In this document: positions 17,206-26,493 of the stretch, piece by piece | Layout: each line of letters begins with the position of its first letter | Position numbering within the stretch: position 1 is the first letter of the stretch | Source: Verrucomicrobiaceae bacterium | GTDB lineage: Bacteria; Verrucomicrobiota; Verrucomicrobiia; Verrucomicrobiales; Verrucomicrobiaceae | Reading direction: 5' to 3' | Length of the DNA stretch: 41,204 nt | Assembly (NCBI GenBank): GCA_040381795.1 | Contig: JBEIGR010000001.1 | Span: forward strand, 1-41,204 | The notes under the pieces: model-generated | The model's input: the letters and a program-made list of their open reading frames with translations, nothing else | Told to the model about the DNA's origin: nothing | The model's database searches: none | Made by a program: the position numbers and the translations under genes

Positions 17206-18513
17206 TCAGGTGAGGGCGTTCACGGCATCGCGGAAGGCATCGCCGCGCTGGCCGTAGCCGGTGTACATGTCGAAAGAGGAGGTGCCGGGGCTCAGGATGA
17301 TGGCATCGCCGGGCCGGGAGAGCTGCGTGGCGAGTGAAACGGCCTCGGCCATGTCCGCGCCGCGCTGGCAGGGCAGCAGGTCGCCAAAGGTCTGTTCAAG
17401 CTGCTGCGAAATTTCGCCGATGAAGACCATCGCACGCACCTGGCCTTTCAGCTCGGCACGCAGCGGCGTGTAGTCGAGCTGCTTGTCCTTGCCACCGGCG
17501 ATGAGCACGATGGGACGCTCTTGGCTTCGCAGGCAGGCTTCGAGCGCATGGAGGTTCGTGGCCTTGGAATCATTGATGTACTCGCGATCGGCGAGCGTGC
17601 GGATGAGCTCGCAGCGGTGGCGTGGCACTTCGTAATCGGCCAAAGCCTTCAGCATGGCATCGAATTCGAGGCCGAAGACCTTGCCGGTCATCAGTGCGGC
17701 CAAAACGTTCTCCATGTTGTGTTTGCCACGCACCTTCAAATTCGCGGCGGAGCCGATCTCGCGGCCTTCGCGGTAGAATTTGCCGTTTCCGTAGCTGTAA
17801 TCGGCTTCAGCACCATAAGCCGAAAAGGTCCAGCGCTGCGCTTTGCCGCTCGAAACACTCTCACCAGCCCGCACGATGGCGACATCGCTTTCGGTGACGT
17901 TTTTGAAGATGCGGGATTTGGCATCGAAATACTCCGTCATGCCGGGATAACGATCCAGATGGTCAGGAGCGAAGTTCAGCCACAAACTAGCCTTGGCGCG
18001 GAAGTTCTGAATCGTTTCGAGCTGGAAGCTGCTGATCTCGCAGGCGAGCACATCGTAGCGCACACTGCTGGCGACGACTTCGCTCAAGGACATGCCGTGA
18101 TTGCCGCAGGGAATGGATTTCAGGCCGCAGCCATTGAAAAGGGCCGCGATGAGCTCGGTGCAGGTGCTCTTCCCATTCGTGCCGGTGATCGCAGCGATGG
18201 GCATGTCCGTCAGATTGAAGGCGAACTCCGTTTCACCGACGAGCGGTACGCCTGCGGCGGTGAATTTGGCGGGAAGCGGCCAGTGCTCATCCAAACCGGG
18301 GCTGATGATGACGAGATCAAAGTCACCCGGCTTCACGATGAGGTCGCGAGCGGACTGACCAAGCACGCATTTGAAATCCTCGACCTGCTTCGCCTTGTCG
18401 CCTTCATCGAAAATCGTCACGTCCGCGCCATGCAGACGCGCCAAACGAGCGGCACCGAGGCCGCTGCGTCCAGCACCGAGAATGGCAAAGCGTTGGGAGG
18501 CGTATTTCATCAA
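17206..18513 (-). CDS. murD: UDP-N-acetylmuramoyl-L-alanine--D-glutamate ligase
   Basis: GAGRSG, ITGTNGKST, EISSFQLE, DHLDRY, NDSKATN and LSPGTSSFD motifs. Confidence 0.96.
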   Translation of the reverse strand: MMKYASQRFAILGAGRSGLGAARLARLHGADVTIFDEGDKAKQVEDFKCVLGQSARDLIVKPGDFDLVIISPGLDEHWPLPAKFTAAGVPLVGETEFAFNLTDMPIAAITGTNGKSTCTELIAALFNGCGLKSIPCGNHGMSLSEVVASSVRYDVLACEISSFQLETIQNFRAKASLWLNFAPDHLDRYPGMTEYFDAKSRIFKNVTESDVAIVRAGESVSSGKAQRWTFSAYGAEADYSYGNGKFYREGREIGSAANLKVRGKHNMENVLAALMTGKVFGLEFDAMLKALADYEVPRHRCELIRTLADREYINDSKATNLHALEACLRSQERPIVLIAGGKDKQLDYTPLRAELKGQVRAMVFIGEISQQLEQTFGDLLPCQRGADMAEAVSLATQLSRPGDAIILSPGTSSFDMYTGYGQRGDAFRDAVNALT

Positions 18514-19659
18514 TTAGCGAAGTTTGAGCGTGGCAAGTCCGAGCATGGCAAAGGCGAGGGACATGATCCAAAAGCGGACGATGACCTGATTCTCATGCCA
18601 GCCTGCCAGCTCGAAGTGGTGATGGATGGGGGCCATGCGGAAGATGCGTTTGCCGCGTGTTTTGAAGCTCCAGACCTGCAGGATGACGCTCATGGCTTCC
18701 ATGACGAAGACACCGCCGACGAGGGCGAGCACGATCTCTTGTTTGCAGCCGATGGCGAGCGCGGCGATGCAGCCACCGAGGGCGAGCGAGCCTGTGTCTC
18801 CCATGAACATCTTTGCAGGATGGGCATTGAACCAAAGGAAGCCGAGGCAGGCTCCAGCAAGTGCCATGGCGATGATGGGCAGCTCATTGGCGAGTGTGTG
18901 ATGGGCCACGCCGAGGTAATCGGAGTAATTGGCATTGCCGCAGATGTAGCCAAAGCCGGCGTAGGCCAACGCGGTGGTGATGGAGCAGCCTGTGGCGAGG
19001 CCGTCGAGGCCATCCGTGAGGTTCACCGCGTTGGAGGAGCCGACGATGATCAAGGAGAACATGGCGACGGAGAAGATGCCCATGTCCAGAATGACGGCGT
19101 CTTTGACGAAGGGCACATAAAGCGCCCGCAGCGTGTGCCCATCATCCGCAGGCACGAGATAGGCGAAGGCGAGGCCGGCGAGCACGGCCACGCTGGTCTG
19201 CCAGACGAGTTTGAGACGAGCGCTGACGCCTTTGGAGTTCTTCTTGCTGATTTTGAGATAGTCATCGCGGAAGCCAAGGGCGCCGAGGCCGATGGTGGTG
19301 AAGAGGACGATCCACACCATGATGTTGTCCCACTTGGCCCAGAGCAGCGTGGAAAGGATGATCGTGCCGAGAATGAGGATGCCTCCCATGGTGGGCGTGC
19401 CAGCTTTCTTGCCGTGAAGCTCGGCGAGCCTGTGTACTTCCTCGGCGGTGCGGATGGGCTGGCCGATCTTCAGGGAGATGAGTTTGCAGATGAGCTTGTC
19501 GCCATACATCAGCGAGAGCACGAAGGCCGTGATGGCGGCTCCACCTGCACGGAAAGTGTGGTACTTGAAGAGGTTGAGGATTTTGTAGAGCGCGGCGTCA
19601 TCGCTCATCCAGTTATGGGCGAGCATCCATTCACGCAGTTCGTAAAGCCAGTACATCAT
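18514..19659 (-). CDS. mraY: Phospho-N-acetylmuramoyl-pentapeptide transferase
   Basis: KAGTPTMGG, DDYLK, NAVNLTDGLDGL, FMGDTGS and MAPIHHHFE motifs. Confidence 0.97.
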   Translation of the reverse strand: MMYWLYELREWMLAHNWMSDDAALYKILNLFKYHTFRAGGAAITAFVLSLMYGDKLICKLISLKIGQPIRTAEEVHRLAELHGKKAGTPTMGGILILGTIILSTLLWAKWDNIMVWIVLFTTIGLGALGFRDDYLKISKKNSKGVSARLKLVWQTSVAVLAGLAFAYLVPADDGHTLRALYVPFVKDAVILDMGIFSVAMFSLIIVGSSNAVNLTDGLDGLATGCSITTALAYAGFGYICGNANYSDYLGVAHHTLANELPIIAMALAGACLGFLWFNAHPAKMFMGDTGSLALGGCIAALAIGCKQEIVLALVGGVFVMEAMSVILQVWSFKTRGKRIFRMAPIHHHFELAGWHENQVIVRFWIMSLAFAMLGLATLKLR

Positions 19660-21017
19660 GACGTTTGAAAGTGGGTGAGAACCTTTTCCATGCCGGCGCT
19701 GCGGCTGCCTTTAAGCAGCACGAGATCGCCTTCACGCAGCACTTCGCGCAGATGAGCGGCGCAGGCGGCGTGATCAGGGAAATGGCGGGTGTGAAGGCCT
19801 TTGGCGGCCGAGGAGATCCATTCGGCCTCGTTTCCACCGACGGTGCAGAGTGCGGTGAGATCGAGTGAGGCGGCGAATTCGCCCACACGCTTGTGTTCGG
19901 CTTCGGCGATGGCTCCCAGCTCGCCCATGCGGCCCAAAACGGCCACGCGGCGGCCTTCGGCCTCCAAGGTGGCGAGCGTGCGCAAACCGGCGATCATGCT
20001 GTCGGGGTTCGCGTTGTAGCTGTCGTCGATGAAACGGATGCCGTGAACGATTTTCGGCTCCACGCGGCCTCCGGTGAGTTTGGCATTGCTGAGTGCATCC
20101 GCAATGTCGGCGGGCGAGATGCCATAGCGCCAGCCCATGGCTGCGGCGAGGGCGGCATTGGCCACCATGTGCTCGCCGAGGATGGGGAGCCGCGTTTCGA
20201 CCTTCTCACCGCTGAAATCGAGCGTGAAGGTGGTGCCAGTGCCATCGGCGCGAAGGTTCGTGGCGCTCACATCGCCTGCGTTCACGCCGGCGGTGGAGAC
20301 GGTGGCCTGGCAGTGGCGGGTGATGACAGGTGTGTACTTGTCATTCGCGTTCAGCACGACGACGCCGCTGCGTTTCACCTGCGCGGGAAGCGTGGCTTTT
20401 TCCCACGCAATGGCGTCTTGCGTGCCCATGTATTCGATGTGCGCCATGCCGATATTCGTGACGATACCCGCATCGGGATCAGCGATGTCTGTGAGCACTT
20501 CGATTTCGCCTGGATGGTTCATGCCCATCTCGGTGACGCAGCATTGCTCGCCTGTTTTCAGCGCGAGAAGCGTCAAAGGCACACCGATGTGGTTGTTGAG
20601 ATTGCCAAAGGTGGCGCGGGTGATGAACTTCTTCGCCATCACGATGGCCGTGAGGTCCTTGGTCGATGTTTTGCCGTTGGAGCCAGTGAGGCCAACAATG
20701 ATGGGATTGTGCTGCTGGCGGTAACCGCGAGCCATCAACTGAAGGGCGACCAAGGTATCATCGACCTCCAATAGGGGGCACGGAAGCGTTCCCCAAGCCG
20801 GATCAATCTTGCTGACCACTGCCGCCGATGCGCCAGCAGCGGCCGCTTGAGGCACGAAGCTATGCGCATCGAATTTTTCACCGATCAAAGCCACGAAAAG
20901 ATCTCCAGCGGCGACTTTGCGGGTGTCCGTGCTCACGCTTTCGACCAGACGCGAAGCATCTCCATGCACGGTGGCGTGCGCGTAGGCTGCGAGCGTTTGG
21001 AGAGAGGTGGGAGACAT
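19656..21017 (-). CDS. murF: UDP-N-acetylmuramoyl-tripeptide--D-Ala-D-Ala ligase
   Basis: STDTR, TGSNGKTSTK, GNLNNHIGVP, EMGMNHPGE, DDSYNANP and LKGSR motifs. Start reassigned to MSPTSL just after the murE stop. Confidence 0.95.
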   Translation of the reverse strand: MSPTSLQTLAAYAHATVHGDASRLVESVSTDTRKVAAGDLFVALIGEKFDAHSFVPQAAAAGASAAVVSKIDPAWGTLPCPLLEVDDTLVALQLMARGYRQQHNPIIVGLTGSNGKTSTKDLTAIVMAKKFITRATFGNLNNHIGVPLTLLALKTGEQCCVTEMGMNHPGEIEVLTDIADPDAGIVTNIGMAHIEYMGTQDAIAWEKATLPAQVKRSGVVVLNANDKYTPVITRHCQATVSTAGVNAGDVSATNLRADGTGTTFTLDFSGEKVETRLPILGEHMVANAALAAAMGWRYGISPADIADALSNAKLTGGRVEPKIVHGIRFIDDSYNANPDSMIAGLRTLATLEAEGRRVAVLGRMGELGAIAEAEHKRVGEFAASLDLTALCTVGGNEAEWISSAAKGLHTRHFPDHAACAAHLREVLREGDLVLLKGSRSAGMEKVLTHFQTS

Positions 21018-21024
21018 GGGGAGA

Positions 21025-22590
21025 TTAAAAGCGGCGGTCTGGCGGAGGGCCGAAGCCACCACGTTGGTTTTGCATGGCTTCGCGTTCGGCATCGCGCTCT
21101 TCACGTTCTTGGGCGCGGGCGGTTTTGGTGTGGAAGAGGAGCTGGCGGGCGACTTTGCGGTCGTCGAAAGGATATTTCTTGCCTTGGATGTCCTGGTAGT
21201 CCTCGTGACCTTTGCCAGCGATGACGATGATGTCGCCCGGACGAGCATTTTCGATGGCGATCTGGATGGCCTGACGACGATCGGCGATGACGGCGTGGCT
21301 GTTTGGACGGGCAAAACCTGCCTTCGCATCATTCAGGATCGCCTGCGGGTCCTCAGTGCGGGGGTTGTCAGAGGTGAGCACGCAGATGTCACTGCCCAAC
21401 TCGGCTGCGGAGGCCATTTTAGGGCGCTTCGTGCGATCACGATCTCCACCGCAGCCGAAGACGGTGATGATGCGGCCGGGGCGCAGGGCGCGGACGGTCT
21501 TCAAAGCATTCACGATGCCATCGGGCGTGTGCGCATAGTCCACAAAGATCTGGAAGCGGGTCGTGGTGTCCGTGACGCGTTCGAGGCGTCCTGGCACCTG
21601 CGGTGCTTTTTGCATGTTGGCGATGGCTTCACGCAGATTGAGGCCGGAAGTGCTGACAGCGGCCAAAGCGGCGAGCGTGTTGTAAACGTTGAAATCGCCA
21701 ATGAGCGGCGTGCGCACGAGGAAACTGCGACCTTTGGCATCCAGCTCAAACTGAGTGCCGTTCATGTCATAGCGGACGTTGTTCGCACGGAAGTCACAAC
21801 CGGCTCCGAAGCCATATTTGATGACGCGGCCGGTGCTGGCGAAACGTTCGATCAGTTTGCGGCCCCAGAGATCATCGCCATTGATCACGAGCGAGGCACG
21901 CGGCGTGGTGGCGGCAATGTCAAAGAGCTTCGCCTTTGCCTCGAAGTACTTCTCCATCGTGCCGTGGTAGTCGAGATGGTCCTGCGTGAGGTTCGTGAAG
22001 ATGGCGGAGGCAAACGGCAGGCCATGCGCACGATGCTGGTCGAGCGCGTGCGAGGAGATTTCCATGGCGCAGGCACGGCAGCCATTGCCGCGCATCTGTG
22101 AAAGCAATGTCTGAATCTCCAGTGACTCCGGCGTGGTGTGCGTGGCGGGCACCTGCTGGCCGCCGAGATCATAAAAGATGGTGCCGAGCAATCCGCAGCG
22201 CATCTGGCCGAGATTCATCAAATGATGCGCAAGGAAGGCAGTTGTTGTTTTTCCATTTGTGCCGGTGACGCCGATGAGCGTCATGTTTTTGCCCGGATGG
22301 CCGTTCAGGGCTGCCGCCGCATCCGCGAGGGCGATGCGAGATTGGCGCACATGAATCCAAGGCGTGGTAAAGCCATCCGGCGGGGCTTGTTCCGCGATGA
22401 TGGCAGCACAACCTGCCTCAATGGCCTTTGGAATGAAGGCGTGGCCATCCACGCTGCTGCCACGCAGCGCGACGAAGGCGATGCCGGGGCCAGCCAGACG
22501 TGAATCGTAGGCCAAGCCGGTGATCTCCGTGTCCAGCGAGCCGCTGGTCATGGGCTTATCGAGATGAGGGATGAGATCGCGAAGAGTCAT
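21025..22590 (-). CDS. murE: UDP-MurNAc-L-Ala-D-Glu--meso-diaminopimelate ligase
   Basis: GVTGTNGKTT, HTTPES, MEISSH, DYAHTPD, GCGGDRD, DNPR (DAP-type) and AGKGHE motifs. Confidence 0.97.
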   Translation of the reverse strand: MTLRDLIPHLDKPMTSGSLDTEITGLAYDSRLAGPGIAFVALRGSSVDGHAFIPKAIEAGCAAIIAEQAPPDGFTTPWIHVRQSRIALADAAAALNGHPGKNMTLIGVTGTNGKTTTAFLAHHLMNLGQMRCGLLGTIFYDLGGQQVPATHTTPESLEIQTLLSQMRGNGCRACAMEISSHALDQHRAHGLPFASAIFTNLTQDHLDYHGTMEKYFEAKAKLFDIAATTPRASLVINGDDLWGRKLIERFASTGRVIKYGFGAGCDFRANNVRYDMNGTQFELDAKGRSFLVRTPLIGDFNVYNTLAALAAVSTSGLNLREAIANMQKAPQVPGRLERVTDTTTRFQIFVDYAHTPDGIVNALKTVRALRPGRIITVFGCGGDRDRTKRPKMASAAELGSDICVLTSDNPRTEDPQAILNDAKAGFARPNSHAVIADRRQAIQIAIENARPGDIIVIAGKGHEDYQDIQGKKYPFDDRKVARQLLFHTKTARAQEREERDAEREAMQNQRGGFGPPPDRRF

Positions 22591-22591
22591 T

Positions 22592-24460
22592 TTATTTGGC
22601 GCCTCCTTCTTGCGCGAGGTTCATGCGCTTCTGGTGGCGGGTGGCGAGGTGGTGCAGTGTCTCGTGCACGACCTCGGCGAAGATGGGGCAGGCGACCTTA
22701 CCGCCGCGGACGTCGTGATGATCTTTGGCAATCGGATCATCGAGCATGACGACGCAAGAAACCTGCGGCTTCTCCACCGGCGCAAAGCCTGCGAAGGAAG
22801 TGACGTAGTGGTTCTGGATGTATTTGTTGAGCTTGTCGTCGTAGCGCACGGAGGTGCCCGTCTTGCCCGCGACGCGGATCTCAGGTGCAAGCGAGGCCCG
22901 CTTGCCGGTGCCTTCGAGCACGACGGCTTCGAGGAAATCACGCAACTGAGCCGCCGTGGCCGCGGTGCATGCCTGGCCGACGGGCTGCGGTGGCACAAAC
23001 TCCACCTTTCCCTCGGGCGTGGTGATGTGATCAATGATGCGGGCCTGCATGAGCGTGCCGCCATTGGCGACGGCACCATAAGCCAGTGCGATGTGCAGCG
23101 GCGTGGTGTTGAGGTTGTAACCGACGCAGACGTTTTTCTGCGTTGGATTGCTCCACTTGCCCATGGGAAGGAGGCCGGGTTGCTCGCCGCTGAGGCCGAT
23201 GCCCGTGCGCTGGCCAAAGCCGAAGCGCTTGGCGTAATCGAGCAACGAGTCGCGGCCTATCCGCTTGAAGATCTTGTAGGTGCCGATGTTGCTGGAGTGG
23301 ACGAGCACGCCTTTGACCGTCTGGCGGCCGTTCGACTCGTCGTCGTTGATCCACACCTTGAGCTTCGGCTCGAACCAGTGCCAGTCCTCGCAGTCGATGA
23401 TCTCGGTGGGGGTGACCTTCTTCAAATCAAGCGCTGCGGCGAGCGTGACGATTTTGAAGGTCGAGCCTGGTTCGTAAAGGCCGCCGTGGATGTGATTCGT
23501 CCAGGTGTTCTCTTTTTCGTTTTCGCTATCGCGATGCGGACGTGCGGCGGCAGCGAGGATGGAGCCAGTGAAGGGATCGGTGACGACGATGACGACGCGT
23601 TTGGCCTGATGGGACTTCCACTCACGCTCGCAGATGCCCTCGACGATGTCCTGGAGCTGCATGTCGATGGTGAGATGGATGTCGTGGCCGTTGCGAGGCT
23701 CGATGACCTTGCCACGATAGGCGGGCAGCTCGTTTCCAGAGCGGTCACGCTCGATGAACTGCTCTCCGGGCACGCCGTTTAGCATGCCGTCCATGAGCTT
23801 CTCGACGCCCCAGAGGCCGTGGTTGGTCTTCGTATCCGTATCGCCAATGAAGAGCGAGAGACGATCCTTCGCAGGGAAGGTGCGCTCGACCACCGGGCGG
23901 AGGTAGATGCCAAACAGGCGCTCCTTTTTAAGCGCCTCGGCGATCTGCTGCGCACGCTCGTCCTCGATGAGTTTTTCGAGAATGACCTCGCCTTTTTCTG
24001 CGGTAATCTTCGCGAGGATTTCTTTCTTCGGCAGCGTCAGCGTCTGGGCGAGCACGGTGGCGATGTGTTCGTGGTAGGCGGCGAGCGTTTCCGCTTCGGT
24101 CATGGTCTCACGAATCTCGATGGCTTTCACGCCACGCAGTTTAGCAAGGCGCTGACGCACGGTGATGATCTCGCGAAGGTGGGCGCGGTCGGTGTGGAGT
24201 TCGCTGAAGGATTCATCAAAGGCGAGGAAGTCGTCGTTGTAATCGCGGATGGTGCCGCGATGCGCAGGTAGCGTGATGTGACGTTGATATTTGTTGGCGG
24301 CGAGGCTGGCGAGACGAGGTGATTCTTTGATCTGAATGACCGCGAGCTTCCAGGTGACCACGGAGAAACCGGCGAGAAGCACAAACAGCAAGACCATCAT
24401 GCGGCTGCACAAGGGGCGGTCGCGACGGAGCTGAATGTGATCTGGGAGGGGCTGGCTCAA
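22592..24460 (-). CDS. ftsI: Class B penicillin-binding protein FtsI/PBP3
   Basis: N-terminal TM segment, RGTIRD, EPGSTFK (SxxK), SSN (SxN) and KTGT motifs. Confidence 0.92.
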   Translation of the reverse strand: MSQPLPDHIQLRRDRPLCSRMMVLLFVLLAGFSVVTWKLAVIQIKESPRLASLAANKYQRHITLPAHRGTIRDYNDDFLAFDESFSELHTDRAHLREIITVRQRLAKLRGVKAIEIRETMTEAETLAAYHEHIATVLAQTLTLPKKEILAKITAEKGEVILEKLIEDERAQQIAEALKKERLFGIYLRPVVERTFPAKDRLSLFIGDTDTKTNHGLWGVEKLMDGMLNGVPGEQFIERDRSGNELPAYRGKVIEPRNGHDIHLTIDMQLQDIVEGICEREWKSHQAKRVVIVVTDPFTGSILAAAARPHRDSENEKENTWTNHIHGGLYEPGSTFKIVTLAAALDLKKVTPTEIIDCEDWHWFEPKLKVWINDDESNGRQTVKGVLVHSSNIGTYKIFKRIGRDSLLDYAKRFGFGQRTGIGLSGEQPGLLPMGKWSNPTQKNVCVGYNLNTTPLHIALAYGAVANGGTLMQARIIDHITTPEGKVEFVPPQPVGQACTAATAAQLRDFLEAVVLEGTGKRASLAPEIRVAGKTGTSVRYDDKLNKYIQNHYVTSFAGFAPVEKPQVSCVVMLDDPIAKDHHDVRGGKVACPIFAEVVHETLHHLATRHQKRMNLAQEGGAK

Positions 24461-24870
24461 GGTGTGGGCGTGTTTTGCGCGAAGGCGCGGGCGACGGGGA
24501 TCGCGGCTGGGACGGGCGCATCGTCCGTGCTCAAAGCGACGGCGACGGGGGCGGAAGTGGCGGCTGGCATGACGAGGATGCGGCCCTCATCGAGCGGGCG
24601 GAGCATCGTGGCGATTTTTGTGAGGCGTGGCTGCACGCGCTGCGAGGCAAAGGCCTTTTCTTTGAACTGCGCGAGTTTATCGATCTCCGTGCGCAGCAGG
24701 CGGATCTCGTCTTCGACCTTTCGCTGCTCCTCACCGATGGCGCGGACGCGGTTTTTGCTCACCACGATCCCGAGTCCCACGAGTGCGAGCGAGGCCACGA
24801 CAACGAGGATCGCCACGATGGCGGTCAGGCTGAGGCTGTTGCGATAGCGGGTGGTGCGACGCGATTTCAT
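24457..24870 (-). CDS. ftsL: FtsL-like bitopic coiled-coil protein
   Basis: Short basic N-terminus, one TM segment and a coiled coil. Lies between rsmH and ftsI with ATGA overlaps on both sides. Confidence 0.65.
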   Translation of the reverse strand: MKSRRTTRYRNSLSLTAIVAILVVVASLALVGLGIVVSKNRVRAIGEEQRKVEDEIRLLRTEIDKLAQFKEKAFASQRVQPRLTKIATMLRPLDEGRILVMPAATSAPVAVALSTDDAPVPAAIPVARAFAQNTPTP

Positions 24871-26060
24871 GATGAGAGACGTTCGGCGACACGCAGGCGA
24901 GCGCTGCGAGCACGAGGATTGAGTTCGAGTTCCGATTCGGAGGCTTCGATGGGCTTCCGCGTGATCAATTTCAGCACGCAATCGGGATTTGCCCTCGGCG
25001 CAGGCCACTCGGGACGGTCCAGCTCTGGTGCGGAGAGATGCGCGAGGGTTTGCTTCACGATGCGATCCTCCAGCGAGTGGAAGGTGATCACGGCGAGGCG
25101 TCCGCCGGGCTTCAGCCACTTCGGTGCGGCAGCGAGGAAGTCACGCAGCGCGGCGAGTTCGTCATTCACGGCGATGCGCAGCGCCTGGAAGACGAGCGTG
25201 GCGGGATGGCGCTTGCTGCGCTTTGGCGAAGCGGCCGAGACGATGTCCGCGAGTTGCGTGGTCGTCTGGATGAGACGGGACGAGCGGGCTTTGATGATCG
25301 CACGCGCAATGCGGCGGGCGTTGGGCTCCTCGCCGTATTCAAAGAAGATCCGCATGAGCTCCTCCTCGGCGGCGGTGTTGATCAGATCGGCGGCGGTTTG
25401 ATCCGCGTCCGTGTCCATGCGCATGTCGAGTGGCGCATCCTTATTAAAGGAGAAGCCGCGAGCACCGTCATCGAGCTGGTGGCTCGACACGCCAATATCG
25501 ACGAGCATGCCGTCAAAGCCGGAAACGCCCGCCTCCTCGACGATCTGCGGGAAGTGGCGAAAATTCCCACGCAGAGCGCAGAAACGGTCCGCGTAGCCTT
25601 TCAAGCGTGCGTCGGCATAGGAAAGAGCCTGCTCATCCTGATCCATCGCCACCACGCGGGCACCGTGCTGGAGCAGCGCCTCGCTGTGACCTCCACCGCC
25701 GAGGGTTCCATCGAAAATGAGCTTGCCAGGAGCAGGCTGGAGAGCTTCCAGAGTTTCCGCGAGGAGCACCGGCAGATGATAAAAGGGCAAATTCCTCTGA
25801 CCGAAACCTGGGCCGCTCCCTCCATCAGGCCCCGCTGCCCCGCCGGCACCGCTGCCTGAGAAGCGAGTCTCCAAAAAGCCGCGACTCGCAGGCACAAAGT
25901 CATCCATTGCATCCGCTGCGCCAAACCAAGGCCAACCGCCGACTTGGAAAACCTCAGTTATTCTAGCAATCTTGCTGGTGATGGTCTCCAAGACACCGCC
26001 TTCCCCCGCCCGGAAACCGGGGGTGAAGGGAAATGGCGTGGCAATAACAGCGGAATGCAT
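24867..26060 (-). CDS. rsmH: 16S rRNA m4C1402 methyltransferase RsmH (MraW), possibly N-terminally extended
   Basis: HLPVLL, DGTLGGGGHS, DIGVSSHQLD, PLDMRMD, FQALRIAVN, ITFHSLEDR and NPRARSARLR motifs. Start is uncertain (ATG 26060, ATG 25907 or TTG 25790). Confidence 0.93.
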   Translation of the reverse strand: MHSAVIATPFPFTPGFRAGEGGVLETITSKIARITEVFQVGGWPWFGAADAMDDFVPASRGFLETRFSGSGAGGAAGPDGGSGPGFGQRNLPFYHLPVLLAETLEALQPAPGKLIFDGTLGGGGHSEALLQHGARVVAMDQDEQALSYADARLKGYADRFCALRGNFRHFPQIVEEAGVSGFDGMLVDIGVSSHQLDDGARGFSFNKDAPLDMRMDTDADQTAADLINTAAEEELMRIFFEYGEEPNARRIARAIIKARSSRLIQTTTQLADIVSAASPKRSKRHPATLVFQALRIAVNDELAALRDFLAAAPKWLKPGGRLAVITFHSLEDRIVKQTLAHLSAPELDRPEWPAPRANPDCVLKLITRKPIEASESELELNPRARSARLRVAERLSS

Positions 26061-26152
26061 GGCGGGAGAAGGGAGAGAGGAGCTTGAGGCAACGAGGACC
26101 GCGAAGCCGAGAAAACTGAAGCCACACGATCCAGCTAAAAATTCAATTAATG

Positions 26153-26182
26153 CTTATAATCTAGCTTTACGAGGCTTTGCAA
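26153..26182 (-). promoter_or_regulatory. Candidate sigma70-type promoter for the dcw operon
   Basis: Minus strand TTGCAA-N18-TATAAG within the AT-rich divergent spacer. Weak match only. Confidence 0.25.
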
Positions 26183-26493
26183 CGCTCGTTTTGAGAATTC
26201 TTGCGGTCAGCGAAATTTCTGTAAATGTAAGCAATTGAACATTTAGAATCGACATAATTGCTCGTAAAGCAGCCAGTGATTCGGAGGAGGTCGTCGGGTT
26301 TGCCGTCGCCGATTGAGGCTGGTTTGTGAGGCGAAGAAGAGGGCCCCCTGCTCCTTCGGCGTTACTCTGGAAGGCTTGAATTTTTGACCTTTCAGGCACT
26401 TTTGGCAGATATTTCTTCCAAGAGGAATCTCGACAGGTGGGTGGAATTCTTGTTAGCCTTTAAAAAATGTAAAATTCAACCACCACACTAACC

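Noticed and set aside
17521-19668. 715-aa plus-strand ORF, and similar long antisense ORFs (11279-12763, 21007-22101, 22571-23782, 28444-29943)
   Set aside because: These are antisense shadows of well-supported genes in GC-rich DNA with strong codon bias, and they show no family motifs.
21018-21332. N-terminal 105 aa of the 558-aa murF ORF
   Set aside because: It overlaps murE in another frame. MurF homology begins at MSPTSL (21017).
24871-25119. N-terminal extension of the ftsL-like ORF; likewise the extensions at 12516-12680, 29791-29955 and 39011-39343
   Set aside because: These overlap neighbouring genes. Downstream ATGs give coupled starts and proper signal or TM N-termini.
26430-26450. 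MraZ-box-like GTGGGTGG
   Set aside because: Single occurrence rather than a periodic array, and no mraZ in the window.
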